Below, in pieces: positions 8,817 to 17,707 of a stretch of DNA of 35,569 nt (position 1 is its first letter; the number at the start of each line of letters is the position of its first letter). A program made the translations under genes and the position numbers. The stretch lies in assembly GCA_046583315.1 (NCBI GenBank), contig JAYGCN010000056.1, positions 1 to 35,569 of the forward strand, given 5' to 3'. The notes below the pieces were generated by a model, which was not told where the DNA came from, ran no database searches, and saw only the letters and a program-made list of their open reading frames with translations. Source of the DNA: Candidatus Hydrogenedentota bacterium (GTDB lineage: Bacteria; Hydrogenedentota; Hydrogenedentia; Hydrogenedentales; GCA-2746185).

Positions 8817-10205
8817 TCACATCGAAATCGGGCGATCGTAGGCCGCCCAGGCCGCTTCCTTCACCACTTCGGCCAGGCTTGGATGCGCATGACTTGAGCG
8901 GGCCAAATCTTCGGAGCTCGCGCTGAATTCGATGGCGACGGCTACTTCCGCGATGAGATCGCCGGCTTGCGGACCGATAATGTGCGCACCAAGAATGCGA
9001 TCTGTTTTCGCATCCACCAGAATTTTCGCGAAACCGTCAGTCTCGCCAATCGCTTTAGCGCGACCGTTCGCCGCGAAGGGGAATGAGCCGGCTTTGTATT
9101 CAATCCCGGCTTCCTTGAGTTGTTCTTCGGTCTTGCCGACCGCTGCGATTTCGGGATGCGTATAGACCACGCCGGGTATCGCATCGTAGTTCACGTGACC
9201 GTATCCATTCACGATGCCTTCAACGCACGCGATGCCTTCCTCTTCGGCTTTATGCGCGAGCATGGGTCCACGCACGACGTCGCCGATGGCGTAAATGCCG
9301 GACTGCGATGTTCGAAACTCTTCGTTGATGGGAATGATGCCCGGTCGTTCCGTTTCGATGCCCACCGATTCAAGACCGAGTCCTTCGGTATTCGGACGCC
9401 GTCCCACGGAAAGCAATACGCGATCGCAGGTGATGGATTCTTCGCCTTCCATCGTAACGGTGCAGACGTCGCCGTGTTTGGTGGCACCTGTAACCTTGAC
9501 ACCCAGTTTGAATTCAAGTCCTTGCTTCCCCAAAATCTTCGTTGCCTGTTTAACGAGTTCGGCATCCATGCCGGGCAAAATCGTTTTCATGTATTCCAGC
9601 ACGGTAACTTTTGCGCCGAGACGTTTCCAAACGCTGCCCAATTCGAGTCCAATCACTCCGGCGCCAATCACTACCAGATGTTCAGGAACCTCGGAGTACG
9701 CCAAGGCCTCGTTACTCGTTCCGATACGGTCGCCATCGAGTTCCACGCCGGGCAAGGGAGTCGACACGCTTCCGGTGGCAATGAGAATATTCGCGGCTTC
9801 CAGCTCACACGCGTCCTTACCCTCAACAACGACTTTGCCTGGCCCAACGATGCGTCCGAGCCCCGTATAGCGGGTGATTTCGTTCTTTTTGAAGAGTCCC
9901 CCGATACCATTTGTGAGTTGTCGTACGATGCCATCTTTGCGTTTCAGCATCTTGGCGAGATCGAGCGAGACCCCTTTGATTTCGACCCCGTGCGCTTTGA
10001 GATCGTGTTGGGCTTCATGGAAACGTTCGCTGGATTCGAGCAAGGCTTTCGAAGGAATACAACCCACCCGCAGACAGGTTCCGCCGAGCGCTTTTTCCAT
10101 TTCAATACACGCGACGTTCAGGCCAAGGTGCGCCGCGCGTATCGCCGCGACGTACCCGCCGGGACCTGCTCCAATGACCACGAGATCGTGTTGATGGGTT
10201 TCCAT
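8817..10205 (-). CDS. lpdA: Dihydrolipoyl dehydrogenase (E3)
   Basis: GAGPGGYVAAIRAA, GGTCLRVGCIPSK redox disulfide, GAGVIGLELG, MLAHKAEEEG, HAHPSLAE. Confidence 0.97.
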   Translation of the reverse strand: METHQHDLVVIGAGPGGYVAAIRAAHLGLNVACIEMEKALGGTCLRVGCIPSKALLESSERFHEAQHDLKAHGVEIKGVSLDLAKMLKRKDGIVRQLTNGIGGLFKKNEITRYTGLGRIVGPGKVVVEGKDACELEAANILIATGSVSTPLPGVELDGDRIGTSNEALAYSEVPEHLVVIGAGVIGLELGSVWKRLGAKVTVLEYMKTILPGMDAELVKQATKILGKQGLEFKLGVKVTGATKHGDVCTVTMEGEESITCDRVLLSVGRRPNTEGLGLESVGIETERPGIIPINEEFRTSQSGIYAIGDVVRGPMLAHKAEEEGIACVEGIVNGYGHVNYDAIPGVVYTHPEIAAVGKTEEQLKEAGIEYKAGSFPFAANGRAKAIGETDGFAKILVDAKTDRILGAHIIGPQAGDLIAEVAVAIEFSASSEDLARSSHAHPSLAEVVKEAAWAAYDRPISM

Positions 10206-10236
10206 GTTGAGTAGAGTCCTTTAGAGGGAAGCGCCG

Positions 10237-11448
10237 TTAGATTTCGAGCAAAATACGCGAGGGATTTTCGATACACTGTTTAACGCGCACCAGAAAACTT
10301 ACCGCCTCGCGTCCGTCGATGATGCGGTGATCGTAGGTGAGGGCCAGATACATCATCGGACGCACAACGATTTCGCCATCCACAACTACCGCGCGTTCCA
10401 CAATGTTGTGCATGCCGAGGATGGCACTCTGTGGCGGATTGATAATCGGTGTAGACAACATGGAACCGAATATGCCGCCGTTGGTGATGGTAAATGTGCC
10501 GCCCGTGAGTTCGTCGACTTTGAGTTTGTTGTCGCGGGCCCGTTGGCCAAGGTCTGCGATGTTGGTCTCGACCTGCGCGAAACTCATGCGCTCGGCATTG
10601 CGTAACACAGGTACCACCAGCCCCTTTTTTCCGCTTACCGCGATCCCGATATCATGGTAGTTCTTGTAAACGATGTTGTCGTTCTGAATTTCAGCATTCA
10701 CCGTCGGGAACGCCTTGAGCGCATCGATGCAGGTCTTCACAAAGAATGACATAAAGCCCAGTTTGATGCCGTGTTTCTTCAGATAAGCGTCTTTGAATTC
10801 GGCGCGCATTGCCATCACCGCCGACATATCCACTTCGTTAAAGGTAGTCAACAACGCCGCGTTCAACTGAGCATCCAGCAGATGCTGCGCTATTTTGCGG
10901 CGAATGGGTGTCATGCGTACCACTTCTTCCTGGCGCGCACCGTCCGCTGGTGTGGACGCGGAAGGTGTCGCTGCGGGTACAGGAGTGGGGGATGCCGGCG
11001 CAGCGGGAGCCACGACGTCTTCTTTCAGGATGCGACCGTCTTTGCCACTACCCGTGATCGTTGCCGGATCGACGTTGGCTTCGGCCATGGCGCGTTTTGC
11101 AGCAGGCATGGCCACTGGTTCTTTGGGAGTTTCGGTCGCCACAGGCGAGGATTCTGGTTCTGGGGCAGCGACCGGTGTAGCGGCAGCGGCGGGGGCTACG
11201 GTTCCTGTGCCACCGGCCTCCATGGTACCCACGATATCGCCGATGCCCGCAGTTTCGCCCGTCTGCTTCAGGATTTCGCCCATGACGCCTGCAACAGGCG
11301 CATATACTTCTACCGTCGCTTTGTCCGATTCGATTTCAACGATGGCTTCGTCTAGCTCAACCGATTCACCGGGTTGTTTTAGCCAGGCGCCGATTTCAAC
11401 CTCGGTAATCGATTCACCAACGGTAGGGATCACCAAATCAATGGCCAT
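10237..11448 (-). CDS. sucB: 2-oxoglutarate dehydrogenase E2 (dihydrolipoyl succinyltransferase)
   Basis: Lipoyl motif [11 protein letters not shown]3-binding [22 protein letters not shown], catalytic DHRIIDG. Confidence 0.96.
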   Translation of the reverse strand: MAIDLVIPTVGESITEVEIGAWLKQPGESVELDEAIVEIESDKATVEVYAPVAGVMGEILKQTGETAGIGDIVGTMEAGGTGTVAPAAAATPVAAPEPESSPVATETPKEPVAMPAAKRAMAEANVDPATITGSGKDGRILKEDVVAPAAPASPTPVPAATPSASTPADGARQEEVVRMTPIRRKIAQHLLDAQLNAALLTTFNEVDMSAVMAMRAEFKDAYLKKHGIKLGFMSFFVKTCIDALKAFPTVNAEIQNDNIVYKNYHDIGIAVSGKKGLVVPVLRNAERMSFAQVETNIADLGQRARDNKLKVDELTGGTFTITNGGIFGSMLSTPIINPPQSAILGMHNIVERAVVVDGEIVVRPMMYLALTYDHRIIDGREAVSFLVRVKQCIENPSRILLEI

Positions 11449-11474
11449 AAGGATCGTTCTCCTTCACTATACGT

Positions 11475-14306
11475 TTAATACCACGAAGTTTCTTCATTAC
11501 CGAATGCAAGTTGGATCAAAATTTCTTGTTCAAGTCGGTGACTGTGCGCGGAACCCGTCGCAGGACTGGCTGACGCGGGACGACTCGCCACGGTAAAGGG
11601 AAAACGTCCCAGAATGCGCTCGCCAAACTTGCCCTTCATACGCCGCCACGCGCCCATGTTCTCCGGTTCTTCCTGAACCCAATAGATCGGCGTATCGGTT
11701 TCATATTTATCAAGTGCTTCCTGCAAGTCTTCAGGTTGAAGCGGATAGAGCTGTTCGACACGAATGATGGCAATGTCGTCCCGTTCTTCTTCCTTTCGGG
11801 CCGCATCCAGTTCATAATAAAGTTTGCCGGTGCACAATAAAATGCGTTCCGCTTTCTTTGGGTCCGTCGTTGTGTCTGGAAGAATACGCTGAAACCGTCC
11901 CTCGGAGAGATCTTCCAGCGTAGAGACGCATTTCGGATGCCGCAGTAGACTTTTCGGCGTGATGACGATGAGCGGTTTACGCCACGGACGACAGACCTGC
12001 CGACGAAGCAAGTGAAACATCTGCGCGGGTGTCGTCGGTACGCAGACCTGGAAATTATCCTCGGCGGCCAAGCCCAGAAAACGTTCCACGCGGGCGCTGG
12101 AGTGTTCCGGGCCCATGCCCTCGAAACCGTGAGGCAACAAAATGGTGATGCCACTTAAGCTGCTCCATTTGTCCTCGGCGCTGGAGATGAATTGGTCGAA
12201 AATAGGTTGGGCCACATTGCTGAAATCGCCGAATTGGGCTTCCCAGATAACCAGACCGTCCGGATAGGCGAAGCTGTATCCATATTCGAAACCAAGTACG
12301 CCGGATTCGCAAAGGGGACTGTTATGAATATCGATTTCCGCCTGAGTCGAAGAGAGATGCTTCAGGGGCATGTAGGATTCCGCCGTCACCTGGTCATGCA
12401 GCACCGAGTGACGATGACTAAATGTGCCCCGCTGCGAATCCTGACCGCTCATGCGCACGCGCGCACCTTCCGTGGCAAGCGTCGCCAAGGCCAAGGTCTC
12501 GCCCATGGCCCAATCGATAGGCGCTTCGCCCGTCGCCATGGCCTTACGCGTATTGTATATTTTTTCGATCTTCGAATTGAGATTGAAGTCGTCCGGCACA
12601 TGCGCGACAGACGCGATGAGCGAAATCAATCGATTGATGTCAACGCCCGTGTCAACTTCCGGCACGTGTTTGTCCGGACCGCCACGATAATTTCCCCAGA
12701 TGCCGCGCAACACAGAAGGGGGGCGAACCTGAGGACGCGCCCGTGCTTCGGTAAGGGCGTCTTCAAGTTTTTCGCGGCGCTTCTTTGCCAGTGAGTCAGC
12801 CTCCTCAGCCGTCATCTCACCCAGTTTGAGTAAACGGGTGAGATAGTTGTCTCTCACCGACTGACGCTTCTTGATTTCTTTATACATCAGGGGCTGAGTG
12901 AACATCGGTTCGTCACCCTCGTTGTGCCCGTGCTTGCGATAGCAATACATATCGATGACCACGTCGCGCTTGAAGGTGCGGCGAAAATCCATCGCAACCG
13001 ACACCACTTGCGCAACCGCCTCCGGATCTTCACCGTCCACATGGAAGATAGGACTCTGCAACATTTTGGCAACATCCGTGCAATAGGTACTCGAACGACT
13101 GTCCGTGGGGTTGGTCGTAAATCCGATCTGATTGTTCACGATGATATGCAGTGTGCCACCGGTCGTGTAGGCATCCAGACAACTCATGTTCAAGGTTTCT
13201 TGCACAATGCCCTGACCGGCGAAGGCGGCATCCCCGTGAATCAGAATGACCATACCCTTTTCGTGCTTGTCGTCACCGATACGCTCCTGCCCGGCCCGCA
13301 TGCGGCCCATGGCGACGGTGTTGACATATTCGAGATGACTAGGGTTAAAGAGAAGGGCCAGGTGTATTTTTTTTCCCTCGGCGGTCTGCCAATCGCGGTG
13401 AAAGCCCTGATGATATTTCACATCTCCGCGGCCTCTGAAGGACTCCGGGTCTTTATCCTCATATTCGCGAAAAATCTGCGAAGGATCTTTGCCCATGATG
13501 TTCGCGAGCACATTCAGACGTCCACGGTGGGCCATGCCGATCACGATTTCATCCACGCCATGCGAACCCGCTTTCTCGATCGATTCATCTATCAGCGGAA
13601 TCAGGCTTTCGGCACCCTCCAACGAAAAACTTTTCGCACCTACGTATTTCTTTTGGATGAATTCCTCAAAGGTGATCGCGTCGTTGAGCCGCGTCAGGAT
13701 TCGGAACTGTTCATCGCGCGTCAGGCTCCGTCTATTTTCGGTGGGTTCGATACGCTCCTGCAACCAGTCCCGTACTTCAAGGTCATCGATGTGCATGAAC
13801 TGAATGCCGATGGATCGACAGTAGGTATTCTGATAACGCGTGATGATTTCGCGCAAGGTCATCGTGCCATCATCGCTGGTGGAGGGGGACTGAAAATGAT
13901 AGTCGAGGTGGTGGTCTTCGAAGCCATGATACGACGGCTCAAGTTCCGGCATGTCAATCTTCGGCGCGCCCATCGTTTCCATGCACGCCATGAGATGGCC
14001 GCGCACACGGTAGTTCCGAATCAGCAAATCAACCTTGTGTTGTAAGGCCGCGTTCCGGTCAAGTTTATCCTGCAGCGAAGACCGTCCGTTTTTGCCGTTT
14101 GAGCCCGGCGGATCAAAAAGCGATCGAGGTTTGAAGGTTGGGGAGAGTTTCGGCGGAACACCGTGCGTCACATCGCCGTTGAAGGACTCAAAATAGTGAA
14201 TCCAATCCTGCGAAACAGAAGAAGGATCGCGCAGGTAGGACTCATAGAGGTCTTCTACGAAAGCGAGGTTGTTCCCAAGCGAACGGGGGTCATTTTTCTG
14301 CTTCAT
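11475..14306 (-). CDS. sucA: 2-oxoglutarate dehydrogenase E1
   Basis: GMAHRGRLNVL, GDVKYH, HGDAAFAGQG, NNQIGFTT, GHNEGDEP, WEAQFGDF, GPEHSSAR. Confidence 0.97.
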   Translation of the reverse strand: MKQKNDPRSLGNNLAFVEDLYESYLRDPSSVSQDWIHYFESFNGDVTHGVPPKLSPTFKPRSLFDPPGSNGKNGRSSLQDKLDRNAALQHKVDLLIRNYRVRGHLMACMETMGAPKIDMPELEPSYHGFEDHHLDYHFQSPSTSDDGTMTLREIITRYQNTYCRSIGIQFMHIDDLEVRDWLQERIEPTENRRSLTRDEQFRILTRLNDAITFEEFIQKKYVGAKSFSLEGAESLIPLIDESIEKAGSHGVDEIVIGMAHRGRLNVLANIMGKDPSQIFREYEDKDPESFRGRGDVKYHQGFHRDWQTAEGKKIHLALLFNPSHLEYVNTVAMGRMRAGQERIGDDKHEKGMVILIHGDAAFAGQGIVQETLNMSCLDAYTTGGTLHIIVNNQIGFTTNPTDSRSSTYCTDVAKMLQSPIFHVDGEDPEAVAQVVSVAMDFRRTFKRDVVIDMYCYRKHGHNEGDEPMFTQPLMYKEIKKRQSVRDNYLTRLLKLGEMTAEEADSLAKKRREKLEDALTEARARPQVRPPSVLRGIWGNYRGGPDKHVPEVDTGVDINRLISLIASVAHVPDDFNLNSKIEKIYNTRKAMATGEAPIDWAMGETLALATLATEGARVRMSGQDSQRGTFSHRHSVLHDQVTAESYMPLKHLSSTQAEIDIHNSPLCESGVLGFEYGYSFAYPDGLVIWEAQFGDFSNVAQPIFDQFISSAEDKWSSLSGITILLPHGFEGMGPEHSSARVERFLGLAAEDNFQVCVPTTPAQMFHLLRRQVCRPWRKPLIVITPKSLLRHPKCVSTLEDLSEGRFQRILPDTTTDPKKAERILLCTGKLYYELDAARKEEERDDIAIIRVEQLYPLQPEDLQEALDKYETDTPIYWVQEEPENMGAWRRMKGKFGERILGRFPFTVASRPASASPATGSAHSHRLEQEILIQLAFGNEETSWY

Positions 14307-14391
14307 CAGACCGCTTCACCCTTCTGTAATAATTTACCGTTTCGGGCGACAATTGTGCTCTTCATCCCCCGATGGACTCTGTTCAATATAA

Positions 14392-14431
14392 TACAGCGAT
14401 TTGCAGGTGATTTCACCCACAAATCGCTGTA
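14392..14431 (-). terminator. Long stem-loop between sucD and sucA (terminator or mRNA stabiliser)
   Basis: TACAGCGATTTG/CAAATCGCTGTA 12-bp arms, extended by two G-U pairs (minus strand only) and GGTG/CACC; followed by TTATATT. Confidence 0.55.
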
Positions 14432-14461
14432 AAAGTTAATGATAGGGAACTTTTGTGAAAA

Positions 14462-15328
14462 TTATAATTTCGATTGAACCAATGGAACGATGCCGCTGAT
14501 CACTTTGGCAACCGGAATTCCCGCCGCCTCAAGTTTTTCAATTTTCGCCGCAGCTGTATCGTCTTCACCACCCACGATAGCGCCCGCGTGTCCCATACGT
14601 TTACCTTTGGGGGCCGTAAGACCCGCCATGAATCCGATCACTGGTTTCTTCATGTGCTTTTTGAAGTATTCCGCCGCGATCACTTCGTCCTGACCACCGA
14701 TTTCGCCGGCAATGACAATTGCATCCGTATCAGGGTCGTCTTCAAAGAGTGGAAGCAGGTCAACAAATTTGCTGCCGATGACCGGGTCGCCACCGATACC
14801 GACGCAGGTCGACTCGCCGAGCCCCGCATTCGTAAGTTCGTTCACAATTTCATAAGTCAGCGTGCCGCTACGCGAAATAACGCCGATGCGACCCTTCTTG
14901 TGGATGCTCGCCGGCATGATACCTATTTTGCATTCACCTGGCGTGATGAGTCCCGGACAATTCGGCCCGATGAGTCGAATGCCCTTGGCGGAAAGTGCTT
15001 CGTAGGCTTCGAGTGCATCGAGCGTAGGCACGCCTTCCGTGATCGTCACGAGCAATTTGATGTCCGAGTTCGCCGCATCCAGCATCGCCGCTTTCGCGAA
15101 TGGAGCCGGCACGTACATGATGGAGACATCCGCTCCCGTAGCCTCAACCGCTTCCTGACACGTATTGAATACCGGTTTATCAAAAATTTCCTGACCGCCT
15201 TTGCCGGGTGTCACGCCACCGACGATGTTCGTGCCGTATTCAATCATCTGGCTGGTATGAAAGGAGCCATCGCGTCCCGTTATGCCCTGGACGATGACCT
15301 TGGTGTCTTTGTTGACTAAGATACTCAT
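14462..15328 (-). CDS. sucD: Succinyl-CoA synthetase alpha subunit
   Basis: [37 protein letters not shown], phospho-His motif RMGHAGA. Confidence 0.98.
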   Translation of the reverse strand: MSILVNKDTKVIVQGITGRDGSFHTSQMIEYGTNIVGGVTPGKGGQEIFDKPVFNTCQEAVEATGADVSIMYVPAPFAKAAMLDAANSDIKLLVTITEGVPTLDALEAYEALSAKGIRLIGPNCPGLITPGECKIGIMPASIHKKGRIGVISRSGTLTYEIVNELTNAGLGESTCVGIGGDPVIGSKFVDLLPLFEDDPDTDAIVIAGEIGGQDEVIAAEYFKKHMKKPVIGFMAGLTAPKGKRMGHAGAIVGGEDDTAAAKIEKLEAAGIPVAKVISGIVPLVQSKL

Positions 15329-15330
15329 TG

Positions 15331-16467
15331 TTATGCTCCCAGCTGGGCGACTTGCGTCGCGCCGTCTTCAAGTGTTGTCGCCGTACCGAGGTCCGTACCC
15401 TCCAACAGTGCGCGGCCTTCTTTTTCGTTGGTACCTACAAGACGCACCACGATTGGCACAGGAACATCCATAACCTTCAGGGACTCCAGAATACCGTTCG
15501 CAATATCATCGCAACGGGTGATGCCGCCGAAAATGTTAATCAGAATCGATTTCACGTTGGGATCTTTCAGTATTAATTTGAAGGCTTCCACGACTTTCTC
15601 GGGATTCGAGCTGCCGCCTACGTCCAGGAAATTCGCGGGGTCGCCGCCTACATGTTTGATGGTGTCCATTGTCGCCATGGCCAGTCCCGCGCCATTCACC
15701 ATGCAGCCGATGTTGCCATCGAGGCGAATAAACGAAAGGCCTTTATCTTTTGCGTGGAGTTCGTCCAGATCTTCGGAGTCCATGTCGCGCAGCTCTTCGA
15801 TCTCGGGATGCCGAAACAGCGCGTTGTCGTCAACCATCATTTTCGCATCCAGCGCAATGACTGTGCCTTTATCGTCCACGATGAGCGGATTGATTTCGAT
15901 GAGGTCGGCATCTTTCTCCATGAAGAGCGATCCCATCTTCTTCATGATAACGACATTCTGTTGCGCCTGATCGTCGTCCTCAAAAAGTTTCTTCGAGAAC
16001 TCAAGCAAACGCGCGTCGTCCGGATTTTTCAAGTCGTGAGTAGAGCACTCAAGCGTCAGAATCTTCTCCGGATTCGTTTTTGCCGTATCTTCAATTTCCA
16101 CGCCGCCGTCTGCACAGCCGACATAGATGATTTTCCGGGTGCCACGGTCGAGCAACACACTCAGATACACCTCCGTTGCAATATTGATAGCCGTCGTAAC
16201 CATCACCTTGCGTACGGGCAGCTCTTTAATTGTAAGGCTGAGAATGTCTTCAGCGGTCTTTTGAAGCTCACTTTCTTCCGTGATGACTTTCACGCCACCC
16301 GCTTTCCCACGTCCGCCCACGTGCACCTGTGCCTTGATAACGACCGGCAAGCCCATATCCTTGGCCGCAGCAACGGCGGCATCGGCCGTATCCACTGCGC
16401 AGTCAGGGGGACAAGGGATTTCATACTCCCGAAACAGCGCTTTCGCCTGATATTCATGAAGTTTCAT
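15331..16467 (-). CDS. sucC: Succinyl-CoA synthetase beta subunit
   Basis: [59 protein letters not shown]. Confidence 0.98.
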   Translation of the reverse strand: MKLHEYQAKALFREYEIPCPPDCAVDTADAAVAAAKDMGLPVVIKAQVHVGGRGKAGGVKVITEESELQKTAEDILSLTIKELPVRKVMVTTAINIATEVYLSVLLDRGTRKIIYVGCADGGVEIEDTAKTNPEKILTLECSTHDLKNPDDARLLEFSKKLFEDDDQAQQNVVIMKKMGSLFMEKDADLIEINPLIVDDKGTVIALDAKMMVDDNALFRHPEIEELRDMDSEDLDELHAKDKGLSFIRLDGNIGCMVNGAGLAMATMDTIKHVGGDPANFLDVGGSSNPEKVVEAFKLILKDPNVKSILINIFGGITRCDDIANGILESLKVMDVPVPIVVRLVGTNEKEGRALLEGTDLGTATTLEDGATQVAQLGA

Positions 16468-16551
16468 GAGATTTTCCTTCTTTTGGTAGCGAGTTACATC
16501 CGGTGAAGCGCAGAAATCCGCAGTTTTCGCGGATGGCGCATGGAGAGCATT

Positions 16552-16580
16552 AGGGTAGTGATTTTGCCCATTAAAATCAA
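16552..16580 (-). promoter_or_regulatory. Putative sigma70 promoter of sucC: TTGATT-N17-TACCCT, overlapped by inverted repeat TGATTTT-N7-AAAATCA
   Basis: -35 at 16575-16580, -10 at 16552-16557; inverted repeat at 16559-16579. Confidence 0.5.
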
Positions 16581-16757
16581 CTGAAATGGAGATAATTCCA
16601 GAAATGTTCCAAAAAGGGTGTACACGAAACCAAGGTGTGCATAGGCCTGGGGTAGGTATCCCGGGATGCTATTCGGCGCAATTTATCCCTGAATATTTCC
16701 GGATTCAAGGTGTAGTACAAAACAAGTCGACCACAACCTGTAGGAAAGGAGAAAACA

Positions 16758-16889
16758 ATGCAACGGCGAACCGTTATCTTTCTGGTTATCTTATCTCTAA
16801 TTACGACAGGGCTTGGGGGCGTGATCAGTTATTACGAACTACAAAACGCATCGATTTCGGCCGAAATCCGCGATCCACGTCATCGTTGA
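16758..16889 (+). CDS. Small 43-aa single-TM or signal-anchor protein (not in ORF track)
   Basis: AAAGGAG RBS then ATG. Translates to MQRRTVIFLVILSLITTGLGGVISYYELQNASISAEIRDPRHR: basic N-terminus plus an uncharged, mostly hydrophobic run of about 20 residues. Confidence 0.65.
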   Translation: MQRRTVIFLVILSLITTGLGGVISYYELQNASISAEIRDPRHR

Positions 16890-16904
16890 TCAAGTAGCAC
16901 CCTG

Positions 16905-17531
16905 CTAGGCGTTGCGGGCGCTTTTCGGTTTCGGTTGGTTGACTTTTCTGTTGGAGAGTTCGAAGAGCGCCTCTACTTTACTCTGTAATTCTTCTACCGC
17001 AAAAGGTTTCTTTAAATAATCATCAAAGCCATGTTTCCCGAGGTCCTTTGCCTCGGCAGGGCTGATAAAACCGGAAATCGCCAAAATGCGCGAACCCTTC
17101 GTTTCAGGACGCGATTTCACGCGTTCGCACACAAGCCGTCCATCCATATCGGTAAGGTGAATATCCAGAATGACCACGTGCGGATTATGCTCAACCACCT
17201 GCGAGCCGGCATCATAGCCCGTTGATGCAACGACGATTTTGTAGTCTTCATTTTTTGACAATGCGGCGGGAATAATATCCAGATAATAAGGATCATCGTC
17301 CACCACAAGAATGCGGTATTCATCTTCCTCAAGACGATCAAGGGGAATACCGTGGCTAAGCATAAACTTGTGGAGATTTTCATAGGGGATACGTCTATCA
17401 CCACCCGCACCGAGTCGATAGCCTTCAATCTGACCCAGATCGAACCAGCGCGATACCGTATCTGCGGACACACCGCATACGCTAGCGACCTCCCCGCTGG
17501 TAAATACCCGCCCTGCATTTTTGTTGGACAT
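16905..17531 (-). CDS. Response regulator with N-terminal excisionase/MerR-like HTH and C-terminal receiver domain
   Basis: FTSGEVASVCGVSADTVSRWFDLGQIEGYRLGAGGDRRIP, then ILVVDDD, VILDIHL (phospho-Asp), LAISG, KKPF. Confidence 0.9.
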   Translation of the reverse strand: MSNKNAGRVFTSGEVASVCGVSADTVSRWFDLGQIEGYRLGAGGDRRIPYENLHKFMLSHGIPLDRLEEDEYRILVVDDDPYYLDIIPAALSKNEDYKIVVASTGYDAGSQVVEHNPHVVILDIHLTDMDGRLVCERVKSRPETKGSRILAISGFISPAEAKDLGKHGFDDYLKKPFAVEELQSKVEALFELSNRKVNQPKPKSARNA

Positions 17532-17588
17532 TGTTTGTGGACTCTTTAATACCGATCAGAAAGTACTGATAACAATAAAACTTAGTTT

Positions 17589-17617
17589 ATGGTACGGCAT
17601 AACACCCTTCCAGTCAA
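17589..17617 (-). promoter_or_regulatory. Putative sigma70 promoter of the response regulator: TTGACT-N17-TACCAT
   Basis: -35 at 17612-17617 and -10 at 17589-17594 on the minus strand. Confidence 0.6.
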
Positions 17618-17652
17618 GCAAATTAAGGGGTATCAGAAAATTATGAAAGGGG

Positions 17653-17681
17653 TTGACAACTGTCTATATTTTCAGTATACT
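17653..17681 (+). promoter_or_regulatory. Near-consensus sigma70 promoter of the helicase: TTGACA-N17-TATACT
   Basis: -35 at 17653-17658, -10 at 17676-17681; GGAG RBS at 17697-17700 and ATG at 17708. Confidence 0.85.
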
Positions 17682-17696
17682 GAAAATATAGACAGT
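17659..17696. repeat. Perfect 38-bp palindrome ACTGTCTATATTTTCAGTA|TACTGAAAATATAGACAGT (candidate double operator)
   Basis: 19-bp arms are exact reverse complements with no spacer; each arm holds CTG-N10-CAG (17660-17675, 17680-17695). Confidence 0.95.
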
Positions 17697-17707
17697 GGAG
17701 ATAAACC

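Noticed and set aside
6073..16506. Long antisense ORFs (e.g. 6073-7212, 9120-10214, 12924-14045, 15652-16506)
   Set aside because: Shadow frames opposite conserved, codon-biased housekeeping genes; no protein motifs.
16853..16868. 16-bp palindrome GATTTCGGCCGAAATC as a terminator
   Set aside because: Lies within the small ORF and has no adjacent U-tract; function cannot be supported.
16586..16897. 103-aa plus-strand ORF
   Set aside because: No RBS or recognisable features; the nested 43-aa ORF in another frame has a strong SD and a TM pattern.
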